DNA of 64,000 nucleotides from positions 382,331 to 446,330 of the forward strand of contig JACKFJ010000002.1 in assembly GCA_020632535.1 (NCBI GenBank). Reading direction: 5' to 3'. The notes beneath the pieces are model-generated. The model searched no databases, was not told the origin of the DNA, and saw nothing but the letters and a program-made list of their open reading frames with translations. Position numbers and translations under genes: made by a program. The stretch comes from Candidatus Omnitrophota bacterium (GTDB taxonomy: Bacteria; Omnitrophota; Gorgyraeia; Zapsychrales; JANLHA01). Below are positions 27,882 through 37,740 of the stretch, in pieces. Position 1 is the first letter of the stretch. Each line of letters starts with the position of its first letter.

Positions 27882-28718
27882 ATGAAAAAATTAAAGATAT
27901 TCATTTTGTTTTTGATCATGAGTTTTGTGGTCAATATGGCGGTTCCGGAAGTGGCTTTTGCGAAAAAGTCCAAACGCCGTTCCAGTAGTGCTGTTTCAGC
28001 CAAGGCCGCGATCTTTTCTAATTCGACCGCGGTAAAGCGTTATTATGGCAAAAATGTGCATATGCGTGTTCCGCCGGCCAGTACGACCAAGGTTATGACT
28101 GCGCTTTTGGTTTTGGAAAATCTGCCGATGGACAAAGTTCTGACTGTCAGTTCGCGCGCCACGCAAGTTCAGCCGACGACAATTAATCTTCGTGTTGGTG
28201 AAAAATTTACTGTTCGGGATTTATTGCTTGCGATTCTTTTGAAATCAGCAAATGACGCCAGCATTGTGCTTGCGGAAGCTGTCGCTGGATCTGAGGAAAA
28301 GTTTGTCGCAATGATGAATAAACGTGCCCGCGAGATAGGCGCAAGAAACACGAAATTTGTAAATTCTAATGGACTGCCTAGTCGGAAAACACAGTACTCT
28401 TCACCGTATGATATGTATTTGATTTTTCGCAAGGCTGTGGAAAATGATTTCTTCCGTCGAACTCTTAAGTTGCGTTATCATAAAATTACTTCTTCTGGTG
28501 GTCGGCAAGTCATGTTAAAAAGTCATAATAAAATTCTTTTGAATGATTGGAAACAGAAAATTTATGGCAAAACGGGTTATACGCGTGCGGCTAAGTCATG
28601 CTTTGTGGGATATTTAATGAAGGGTAATGACATTTGTATTATCGCGGTGTTCGGTTGTACCCGTCGCTGGGAAGATATTAAACATATTGTTGAGCGTTAC
28701 GGTGGAATTGACTTGTAG
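27882..28718 (+). CDS. D-alanyl-D-alanine carboxypeptidase (peptidase S11, PBP5/6-like)
   Basis: Signal peptide; active-site motifs STTK (SxxK), SAND (SxN) and KTGYT (KTG). Confidence 0.85.
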   Translation: MKKLKIFILFLIMSFVVNMAVPEVAFAKKSKRRSSSAVSAKAAIFSNSTAVKRYYGKNVHMRVPPASTTKVMTALLVLENLPMDKVLTVSSRATQVQPTTINLRVGEKFTVRDLLLAILLKSANDASIVLAEAVAGSEEKFVAMMNKRAREIGARNTKFVNSNGLPSRKTQYSSPYDMYLIFRKAVENDFFRRTLKLRYHKITSSGGRQVMLKSHNKILLNDWKQKIYGKTGYTRAAKSCFVGYLMKGNDICIIAVFGCTRRWEDIKHIVERYGGIDL

Positions 28719-28819
28719 GGTGCTTTTTTAGCCTTTCAAAAATTTGACCTTTAAAATATTTTAGAAATGCATTAGAATAACAACCTGTTTGGACAGTTAA
28801 TGAAACGAAAGGAAGAATT

Positions 28820-29722
28820 ATGAACAATCGGTTATTTGTCGCTGTTGTGGTTCTTGTTATGGGATTTCTTCTCTTTGCTTTTGCGAGTGTACAAAGTAAT
28901 AATAATGCCATTCTTGATCGTGTCGCTATGCAGCAGGATAAGATTTTGAATATTCAACAGAGCTTAAATGTCAAAGCAAGTTCAGGTCAACCCTCTTTTC
29001 AAATCATTTCACAACCCGCCGCCGCACCCGCGGCTACAGCAACTGGTTCTAATGTTGACGTCGGTGCTTTGCAAAATCAAATTAAGATGCTTGAATCGCG
29101 TCTCGCGGCCTTAGAGACAGATGCCAAGCCTATTATTGATCAGGTTAAGGCGCAGCAGGAAGCGTATGAGAAGCAGCGCAAGGAATTGGAAGAAGCAATG
29201 AAGAAGGTTTATGATATTGAGATTGGAAATTCGCCGGTACGCGGCAATAAGAATGCGCCTGTGACCTTGGTGGAATTTACTGATTTTCAATGTCCGTATT
29301 GCAGTCGTTTTCATACGATTTCCAACGATCTTTTGAAAAGTTATCCGGATAAAGTCAAATATGTCGTAAAGAATTATCCTTTACCTTTCCATCAAGAGGC
29401 CAAGCCAAGTGCCAAAGCTGTTCTCGCCGCGAAGGAACAGGGGAAGTATTGGGAAATGGTCGACGCAATTTTGAAAGATAATAGTAATTTGAATTCTGCC
29501 AAATATGAAGAGCTTGCAAAGTCATTGGGTTTAAATGTCGACAAGTTTCGTAAAGATCTTAAGGAAAAGGACGCTCAATTTGAAAAAGTTATTCAAGCTG
29601 ACATGGCTTTGGCGCAAAAAGTCAATGTGCGCGGGACGCCAGCATTTTATATCAATGGGCGTATGGTGCAGCCGGATCCGCAGATGATGAAAACGGCGAT
29701 TGAAGAAGCTTTGAAGAAATAA
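28820..29722 (+). CDS. DsbA-family thiol:disulfide oxidoreductase with N-terminal anchor and coiled-coil segment
   Basis: TM helix, coiled-coil stretch (LQNQIKMLESRLAALE), and a thioredoxin fold with FTDFQCPYCSRFH. Confidence 0.8.
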   Translation: MNNRLFVAVVVLVMGFLLFAFASVQSNNNAILDRVAMQQDKILNIQQSLNVKASSGQPSFQIISQPAAAPAATATGSNVDVGALQNQIKMLESRLAALETDAKPIIDQVKAQQEAYEKQRKELEEAMKKVYDIEIGNSPVRGNKNAPVTLVEFTDFQCPYCSRFHTISNDLLKSYPDKVKYVVKNYPLPFHQEAKPSAKAVLAAKEQGKYWEMVDAILKDNSNLNSAKYEELAKSLGLNVDKFRKDLKEKDAQFEKVIQADMALAQKVNVRGTPAFYINGRMVQPDPQMMKTAIEEALKK

Positions 29723-29835
29723 AATACTGTTCGAGACTAGAGGGTGTTCTGGGTTATCATGAGCGCGAGTATTTAGGCAAGCGCGAATAACTTGGAACAC
29801 CCTCTGATATTTATACCGTGAGCCATTTAAGATTG

Positions 29836-29864
29836 TTTACAAATAAAAGGAATTCTGGTACTAT
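29836..29864 (+). promoter_or_regulatory. Candidate sigma70-type promoter for rpmA-glmS
   Basis: TTTACA - 17 nt - TACTAT, about 50 nt upstream of the rpmA-like start. Confidence 0.3.
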
Positions 29865-29912
29865 AACTCCCTTCGATTTTAAATTCTAGAAATCATGTTT
29901 TGAGGAGGAAGT

Positions 29913-30221
29913 ATGGCAAGAAAAGGTGGTCTTTCATCAAAATTTTATCGTGAAACTGCAGGAATTAAAGTTTCCGGTGGGCAAGTTGTTAAAGCCGGTG
30001 CAATGTTGACCCGTCAGGGTGACCGCTGGAAGCCGGGACTTAATGTCATCGGTCGCATGAGTTTAACATCTATTGCTGCAGGTGAAGTGTATTTTACTCG
30101 CAAGCGCAATGCTTCAGGTGCCGCGATTACTGTCGTTAATGTTCGTCCAGTGACTGTCAAGGCTAAAGTCAAGCCAGCGACACCAAAAAAGACAAGAGCT
30201 AAAGCTAAAGCAAAAGCATAA
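29913..30221 (+). CDS. rpmA: Ribosomal protein L27-like (divergent, with Lys/Ala-rich C-terminal tail)
   Basis: GIKVSGGQVVKAGAMLTRQGDRWKPGLNVIGRMSL aligns with the L27 core LGVKxxGGxxVxAGxIIVRQRGTKxHPGxNVGxGxDHTL. GAGGAGG RBS. No adjacent rplU or obg. Confidence 0.6.
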   Translation: MARKGGLSSKFYRETAGIKVSGGQVVKAGAMLTRQGDRWKPGLNVIGRMSLTSIAAGEVYFTRKRNASGAAITVVNVRPVTVKAKVKPATPKKTRAKAKAKA

Positions 30222-30229
30222 ACAAAATT

Positions 30230-32062
30230 ATGTGTGGCATAACCGGATATGTGGGTCATCGCAATGCTGTCCCGCTTCTGCTCGCGGGGTTGGAAAAACT
30301 CGAATACCGCGGTTATGATTCTAGCGGGATAGGGATTGTTGCGTCCGCAAATGCCAAAATCGAAATTTCAAAAGCGCCAGGTAAGATCAAGGCTTTAAAA
30401 GATCTTCTGGCGTTAAGTCCTTTGTCCCCGTCGACGTTGGGTATTTCTCACAGCCGTTGGGCTACGCACGGCGCGCCCTCAAAAGCTAACGCTCATCCGC
30501 ATTTTGATTGTACGCAAAAAATTCTAGTTGTTCACAACGGCATTATCGAAAATTATGAAGAACTCAAAGATCGCCTTATGCAAAAGGGGCACAAATTTCT
30601 TTCGCAAACCGATACCGAAGTCGTTGCACATTTGATTGAAGAGCATTATCAGGGAGATTTTTTAGCTGCCGTACAAAAGGCTCTTAAAGAGTTGAAAGGA
30701 TCATTTGCTTTAGGCATTCTTTGCCGTGATGATCCGGACACTTTGATTGCCGCGCGCTTGGGGTCGCCTCTGATTATTGGCGTCGGGAAGAATGAAAATT
30801 TTATCGCGTCGGATGTTCCCGCAATTCTTGATCAAACCAAAAAAGTTATTTATCTTAAGGATGGCGAAGTCGCTGTTTTAAAAAGTGACAGTGTGGCCGT
30901 GTACAATCTTGCGAGTAAAAAAGTTTCTGTCAAAGTTGATACTGTTAAATTCAGCGTCGAGAGTGTGCAAAAGCAGGGCTTTGCGCATTTTATGCTCAAA
31001 GAAATGCATGAGCAGCCTGATGTTATCGCGCAAATTTTGAAAGCTCGAGTTTGTGGGGATCAAGTTGTTCTTGACGGTTTGGGTTTAAGTGATGCTCAGC
31101 TTAAAAAGTTTAATCGTATTTTTATTGTAGCGTGTGGGACTGCTTATCATGCCGGACTTTTGGGCAAATATTTGATGGAAAAGTTCGCTCACGTTCCAGT
31201 CGGTGTTGAGGCCGCCAGCGAATTTCGATATCGGGAACAACTTGTTGATAAGAAAACTTTGATTATCGCGATTAGTCAGTCGGGTGAGACCGCGGACACT
31301 TTGGCGGCTGTGAAGGAATGTCGAGCGAAGGGCGCGAAAATAATCGCGATTTGTAACGTGGTTGGTTCGTCTTTGACGCGAGAGTCCGATGGTGTTTTGT
31401 ACACACATGCCGGTCCAGAAATTGGTGTGGCTTCGACAAAGGCGTACACGGCACAGTTGACAATGCTTTATCTTTTAGCTTTGAAGCTTGGGAATGTTCA
31501 CGCGGTTTTATCGAAAGCCGAGCAAAGATTTCTCATTGGTGAACTGCGAAAAATTCCGGAACATTTTCGCGAAATACTTAAAAGCAAAAGTCTTATTGCT
31601 AAAATAGCCAAGCCATATGCACATTTTGGTTGCTTTTTGTTTTTGGGTCGCAACATTAATTATCCATCCGCGCTTGAAGGCGCGCTTAAACTCAAAGAGA
31701 TTTCGTATATTCCCGCGGAGGGTTACGCGGCGGGTGAAATGAAGCATGGCCCGATTGCTTTGATCGATGAATACCGCGGTGTTGTTTGTATCGCTCCGCA
31801 GTCGGACATTTATGAGAAAATGATTTCTAACATGCAGGAAATTCGCGCGCGCAAAGGCAAAATCATTGCCATTGCCACCGCCGGCGATGAAGGCATCAAG
31901 AATCATTCCACAGATGTTATTTATATTCCTAAAACTCACGAACTTTTAACTCCTCTTCTGGCCGCTTTGCCGCTGCAGCTTTTAGCTTATTCTGTCGCAG
32001 TGCATTTGGGCTGCGATGTTGATCAGCCGCGCAACTTGGCCAAGTCTGTTACTGTGGAATAA
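30230..32062 (+). CDS. glmS: Glutamine--fructose-6-phosphate aminotransferase (isomerising)
   Basis: MCGITGYVG Ntn start, two SIS domains, C-terminal DQPRNLAKSVTVE. Confidence 0.95.
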   Translation: MCGITGYVGHRNAVPLLLAGLEKLEYRGYDSSGIGIVASANAKIEISKAPGKIKALKDLLALSPLSPSTLGISHSRWATHGAPSKANAHPHFDCTQKILVVHNGIIENYEELKDRLMQKGHKFLSQTDTEVVAHLIEEHYQGDFLAAVQKALKELKGSFALGILCRDDPDTLIAARLGSPLIIGVGKNENFIASDVPAILDQTKKVIYLKDGEVAVLKSDSVAVYNLASKKVSVKVDTVKFSVESVQKQGFAHFMLKEMHEQPDVIAQILKARVCGDQVVLDGLGLSDAQLKKFNRIFIVACGTAYHAGLLGKYLMEKFAHVPVGVEAASEFRYREQLVDKKTLIIAISQSGETADTLAAVKECRAKGAKIIAICNVVGSSLTRESDGVLYTHAGPEIGVASTKAYTAQLTMLYLLALKLGNVHAVLSKAEQRFLIGELRKIPEHFREILKSKSLIAKIAKPYAHFGCFLFLGRNINYPSALEGALKLKEISYIPAEGYAAGEMKHGPIALIDEYRGVVCIAPQSDIYEKMISNMQEIRARKGKIIAIATAGDEGIKNHSTDVIYIPKTHELLTPLLAALPLQLLAYSVAVHLGCDVDQPRNLAKSVTVE

Positions 32063-32093
32063 ATATAAAATAGGGACAGCCCTATTTATGAAA

Positions 32094-32125
32094 GATTGCT
32101 TCGTCGTTGCGCTCCTCGCAATGGG
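32094..32125. repeat. Family A palindromic element, single arm (inverted orientation)
   Basis: gattgcttcgtcgttgcgctcctcgcaatggg is the reverse complement of cccattgcgaggagcgcaacgacgaagcaatc. Lies between glmS and rsmI. Confidence 0.8.
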
Positions 32126-32134
32126 TTAAAATAT

Positions 32135-32803
32135 ATGCTGTATATCGTTTCTACTCCTATCGGAAATTTGCAGGACATCACGCTTCGTGCTTTGGATGTG
32201 TTAAAAAGCGTTGACCTTATCGCGGCGGAAGACACGCGTCATACTAAAATTTTGCTCACCCATTTTCAAATCTCTGCACCTTTGACGAGTTATTTTGAAC
32301 ATAATGAAGCCAAAAAGAGTGAGTATTTGCTTGGTTTATTGCTGGAAGGCAAGAGGATCGCTCTTGTGACTGACGCGGGAACGCCGGGCATCAGCGATCC
32401 GGGTTATCGGCTTATTTCTCTTGCGAAAGAAAAACAAATTCCTATGACCGTTGTTCCGGGGGCGTGCGCTTTAATTGCGGCGTTGACCTTGTCGGCTTTA
32501 CCGACGGACAGTTTTGTTTTTGCGGGCTTTTTGCCTGTTAAATCCGCGGGTCGTCAGAAAAAGATTCTCGAATTCAGTCAGGAAAAACGTACAGTGATTT
32601 TTTATGAATCGCCACATCGTATTCTAAAGACTCTTGAAGACATTAATGAAGTTTTAAATGATTGGGACGTGGTGGTCGCGCGCGAGATCACGAAGAAGTT
32701 TGAAGAAGTTCGTCGCGGTAAGGCATTAGAATTAATTGAGCATTTTTCAAAGATGACGCCAAAGGGTGAATTTGTCCTGCTTTTGCACCCACCTTTAAAA
32801 TAA
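32135..32803 (+). CDS. rsmI: 16S rRNA (cytidine1402-2'-O)-methyltransferase
   Basis: MLYIVSTPIGNLQDITLRAL...AEDTRHT...DAGTPGISDPG. Start moved from 32096, which reads through the repeat, to ATG 32135. Confidence 0.9.
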   Translation: MLYIVSTPIGNLQDITLRALDVLKSVDLIAAEDTRHTKILLTHFQISAPLTSYFEHNEAKKSEYLLGLLLEGKRIALVTDAGTPGISDPGYRLISLAKEKQIPMTVVPGACALIAALTLSALPTDSFVFAGFLPVKSAGRQKKILEFSQEKRTVIFYESPHRILKTLEDINEVLNDWDVVVAREITKKFEEVRRGKALELIEHFSKMTPKGEFVLLLHPPLK

Positions 32804-32822
32804 ATCCGTGCTTTCGGTTTCC

Positions 32823-32851
32823 TTGACACGTCTGGGATCGCGTGCTATAGT
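32823..32851 (+). promoter_or_regulatory. Sigma70-type promoter of the pyr operon
   Basis: TTGACA (32823-32828) - 17 nt - TATAGT (32846-32851). Confidence 0.55.
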
Positions 32852-32874
32852 TTTGCCAGTTGTTAACCTTTAAT

Positions 32875-32892
32875 TCGGTCCTGCGAGACCGG
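32875..32892 (+). promoter_or_regulatory. Candidate PyrR-binding hairpin in the pyr leader
   Basis: Hairpin tcggtc-ctgcga-gaccgg. GGUCCUGCGAGACC matches 9 of 12 positions of the UCCAGAGAGGCU PyrR box as I recall it. Confidence 0.4.
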
Positions 32893-32952
32893 CAAGGAAA
32901 AACATGAACTCGGTATCACCGAACAAAAAACTACAGAAATCGCGAAACTGTT

Positions 32953-32987
32953 ACCCGTCTTATCTAGAGGACGGGTTTTTTGTTTTT
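32953..32987 (+). terminator. Leader (attenuator) terminator upstream of pyrR
   Basis: Stem cccgtc/gacggg followed by ttttttgttttt, ending 15 nt before the pyrR start. Confidence 0.65.
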
Positions 32988-32989
32988 AA

Positions 32990-34479
<1,490 letters not shown>

Positions 34480-34573
34480 CCACTGCGAGGAGGCCAAAGG
34501 CCGACGCGGCAATCTAGTGGATTGCGAACAAGGTAAGTCCCCGTGGGACTTCGTCACTGCGTTTTTGCAATGG
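34480..34573. repeat. Family A palindromic element, full length (two arms)
   Basis: Left arm ccactgcgaggaggccaaaggccgacgcggcaatc, right arm gattgcgaac...tccccgtgggacttcgtcactgcgtttttgcaatgg. Fills the pyrB-pyrC gap. Confidence 0.75.
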
Positions 34574-34591
34574 AATAATTAAAGGAGAAGT

Positions 34592-35869
34592 ATGGGTTTA
34601 ATAATAAAAAATGCTGTGATTGTCAACGCGGACAAGATGCATACTAAGCCGCAGAATATTCTTTTAGAAAAAGGCGAAATTACCAAAATCGCCGCAGATA
34701 TTCCCGTCGGAAATCACAAGGTTATCGACGCCGCCGGAAAATTAGTTTTTCCCGGATTGATCGATTTGCATGTGCATTTGCGTCAGCCGGGCCGTGAAGA
34801 TAAGGAAACCGTAGAAACTGGTTCGCGTTCCGCGGCCAAGGGTGGTTTCACGTCGATTATGTGTATGCCCAATACCACGCCGGTTATTGACAATGCGATG
34901 ATTGTCGAGGGTATTATTAAAGAAGCCAAACGTGTCGGGTTGGTGAATGTTTATCCCGTCGGCGCGATTACGCGCGGGCAAAACGGCAAAGAATTGACCG
35001 ACATGGCGGAGCTCAAAGCCGCGGGATGCAAGGCCCTTTCCGACGACGGAAAATGTGTGGAAAGTTCTCAGATTATGCGCTTGGCTCTTGAATATGCCAA
35101 AATGATTGAACTGCTTTTGATTCAGCATTGTCAGGATCATTGTTTGACGGGCAGTGGTGTTATGAACGAAGGATACAATTCGATGGTGTTGGGCATCAAG
35201 GGCGATCCGGGGATTGCAGAAACGGTTATCGTTGCGCGTGACATTGAGCTGGCGCATTATTTAAAAACAAAAGTGCATTTAGCGCATATGAGTTTAAAAC
35301 GTTCCGTCGAGCTTATTCGCTTTGCCAAATCACAGGGCATTCAAGTTACGGCTGAGGCATGCCCGCATCATTTTACATTAACGGATGATGCGGTTAAAAG
35401 TTTTGACACGTCGACAAAAGTTAATCCTCCTTTGCGCACCGCCGAGGATGTGGCCGCGATTCGCGAAGGTCTCAAAGATGGCACAATTGATTGCATCGTC
35501 ACCGACCACGCGCCGCACACCAAAGAAGATAAAGAAACAGGATTTGACAATGCGCCGTTTGGGATGATCGGTTTGGAAACGTCCGTCGGATTGACTATGA
35601 CAGAATTGGTTCATAAAAAGGTTTTGACATTGCAGCAAATGGCCGATCGCATGTCAGCCGCTCCGGCGCGGGTGGCTGGTTTGGAGAGGAAGGGAAAAAT
35701 TGTCGAAGGTTATGACGCGGACGTTACGATCATTGATCCTGATAAAGAATGGGAAGTCAAAGTTGAGGATTTTTGGTCCAAGTCAAAGAATTCACCTTTT
35801 ATCGGCACCAAACTCAAAGGCCGCGTTGAGGTAACGATTTGTGGCGGCAAAATTACATATCAGGCGTAG
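34592..35869 (+). CDS. pyrC: Dihydroorotase
   Basis: DLHVHLRQPG metal site and DHAPH motif; 425 aa. Confidence 0.9.
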   Translation: MGLIIKNAVIVNADKMHTKPQNILLEKGEITKIAADIPVGNHKVIDAAGKLVFPGLIDLHVHLRQPGREDKETVETGSRSAAKGGFTSIMCMPNTTPVIDNAMIVEGIIKEAKRVGLVNVYPVGAITRGQNGKELTDMAELKAAGCKALSDDGKCVESSQIMRLALEYAKMIELLLIQHCQDHCLTGSGVMNEGYNSMVLGIKGDPGIAETVIVARDIELAHYLKTKVHLAHMSLKRSVELIRFAKSQGIQVTAEACPHHFTLTDDAVKSFDTSTKVNPPLRTAEDVAAIREGLKDGTIDCIVTDHAPHTKEDKETGFDNAPFGMIGLETSVGLTMTELVHKKVLTLQQMADRMSAAPARVAGLERKGKIVEGYDADVTIIDPDKEWEVKVEDFWSKSKNSPFIGTKLKGRVEVTICGGKITYQA

Positions 35870-35967
35870 CGCCTTGCGGTGGAGCGCTCGGTTGTAAAAA
35901 TATTCTCAATTTCTCGATTTTGTATTATAATCGAGCCTTTCTTGGTCTTTCTTGATCGAATCTATAA

Positions 35968-36039
35968 GGGCCCATAGCTTAATGGATAGAGTATAGGATT
36001 CCGGTTCCTGTGGTATGGGTTCAACTCCCATTGGGCCCT
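35968..36039 (+). tRNA. tRNA-Arg (anticodon CCG)
   Basis: Acceptor gggccca/tgggccc, anticodon stem tagga/tcctg with loop ttCCGgt, T-arm atggg-ttcaact-cccat. Confidence 0.85.
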
Positions 36040-36218
36040 TTTACTTAATATCAGTAATGTGGAGTGTATAACCCATATTTATTCATATATAGAGATAAAT
36101 ATGATGTAATATGACCATATATTGTGTTGTTTTATGTTGTTAGTGTATCGTAAGCCATTTTTTATATTCATAAAAATGGCTTTTAAAATGATGAAAATGA
36201 GCTTTTAAGGAGCATTTT

Positions 36219-37037
36219 GTGCCTGAATTGCCCGAAGTTGAAACAATTGTTCGTGATTTACGCAAAAAAATCATTGATTTGCAAATTACAGACATCACTA
36301 TTCATGATGGGCGCGTTGTTCGTCAATCGACATACAAAGAATTTTCCCGCAAGCTCAAGAATCAATCTATTGCGCACGTTTCCCGCCGTGGCAAGGCGAT
36401 TATTATCGAATTGACTTATCCTAAGAGTTTTCTCGTCGTGCAATTGATGATGACTGGCCAATTGATTGTTTCAAGCGACAGTATTCCACAGCGCGATACA
36501 AAAGTCAGTTTCCAGCTTTCCAATAAGAATTGTTTACACTATAATGACTACCGCACATTCGGGCGATTGCAAGTTGTCGTAAGCCTTGACGAGATTCCTT
36601 ACTTTAAGGCGCTTGGGCCCGAACCTTTGGAGAAGAATTTTACGGTTTCTTGGCTGACTCAAGAATTAAAGAAAAGAAAAATGCCGATTAAGCCACTTTT
36701 ATTAAATCATATGTTTGTCGCCGGGATTGGGAATATTTATGCGTCCGAAATTTTATTTGCCAGCGGCATTGATCCTCGTCGACCGGCATTGAGTTTGGGA
36801 AAAGAAGAGATTTCTTTACTGCATCGCGTGACCAAAAAAATTTTACAACAAGCGATCCGTCATCGCGGGACATCCATGAATACATATCGTGACGCGACGG
36901 GAGCAAAAGGTAAATTTATGAATCGTATCAAAGTTTATGGACGCGAGAAGGAAGCATGTTATTCTTGCGATTCTGTTCTGGTTCGAGAATTTCAGGCGGG
37001 GCGCAGTACATTTTATTGCCCAGAGTGTCAAAAATGA
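36219..37037 (+). CDS. mutM: Formamidopyrimidine-DNA glycosylase
   Basis: (M)PELPEVETI catalytic N-terminus (GTG start) and C-terminal zinc finger CYSC...CPECQ. Confidence 0.9.
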   Translation: MPELPEVETIVRDLRKKIIDLQITDITIHDGRVVRQSTYKEFSRKLKNQSIAHVSRRGKAIIIELTYPKSFLVVQLMMTGQLIVSSDSIPQRDTKVSFQLSNKNCLHYNDYRTFGRLQVVVSLDEIPYFKALGPEPLEKNFTVSWLTQELKKRKMPIKPLLLNHMFVAGIGNIYASEILFASGIDPRRPALSLGKEEISLLHRVTKKILQQAIRHRGTSMNTYRDATGAKGKFMNRIKVYGREKEACYSCDSVLVREFQAGRSTFYCPECQK

Positions 37038-37047
37038 AAAGAGTTTT

Positions 37048-37740
37048 ATGAAGTCACGATTAAAAATGGATGGATTTCTACTCGCATTGCTTATTATTTT
37101 TTCGTTAAGCATTTATTTTTTCCCTCAGGTCTTCTGGGCGCAAAGAAGTTTCGACGACATTTTAGATTTCTTTGGAATTATTATGATTCTTAAGGGCACG
37201 TTTATCCGAATGGCGGCGCGTGGGCGCAAGACGACACGTTCGCCCAAGGGTGGAGGTTTGGCGCAGGATGGACTTTATGCGTATTCGCGCAACCCGATGT
37301 ATTTGGGAACATTTTTGATTGGGACGGGTTTCACATTGATTATTTGGCCGTGGTGGGCAGTTGGAATCTTTACGGTTTTGTTTTATTCACGCTTTTTGCC
37401 ATTGGTTCAATCCGAAGAATCGCATTTAAAAAATCTTTTTGGTCAGGTGTATGTCGATTATTGCGCTCGTGTCCCGAGGATATTTCCTAAATTTGACAGT
37501 ATTCAAAAAATAGATTTGCGCGTCGATTGTCCGTGGGATGAAATTTGGATGACCAAAGAAAGACGTTTTCTTTGGATTTTACCTTTAGTTGTGATGGCCG
37601 CTGAGATTGTGCAAGAAAGCGTAGTTTTTAAATCACCATTTTCTTTGTATCTTTTTCTACCTTTTGTTTTGGCAATGGGTACTTTTCTTTTAAGTTTCTT
37701 TTATGAATACCGTTTAAAACATGGAAAAAATTCAAAATAA
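37048..37740 (+). CDS. ICMT/phospholipid methyltransferase family membrane protein (second paralog)
   Basis: GLYAYSRNPMYLGTFLIGTGF and EESHLKNLFG..Y..Y motifs. Start moved to the ATG after the mutM stop. Confidence 0.7.
   Translation: MKSRLKMDGFLLALLIIFSLSIYFFPQVFWAQRSFDDILDFFGIIMILKGTFIRMAARGRKTTRSPKGGGLAQDGLYAYSRNPMYLGTFLIGTGFTLIIWPWWAVGIFTVLFYSRFLPLVQSEESHLKNLFGQVYVDYCARVPRIFPKFDSIQKIDLRVDCPWDEIWMTKERRFLWILPLVVMAAEIVQESVVFKSPFSLYLFLPFVLAMGTFLLSFFYEYRLKHGKNSK

Noticed and set aside
30222-30229. Looked for a glmS ribozyme upstream of glmS
   Set aside because: Only 8 nt separate the L27-like stop from the glmS start, which leaves no room for the roughly 170-nt ribozyme.
34742-35257. 171-aa ORF on the minus strand
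   Set aside because: It lies entirely antisense to the well-supported pyrC, has Arg/His/Asn-rich unnatural composition, and is a typical shadow ORF.
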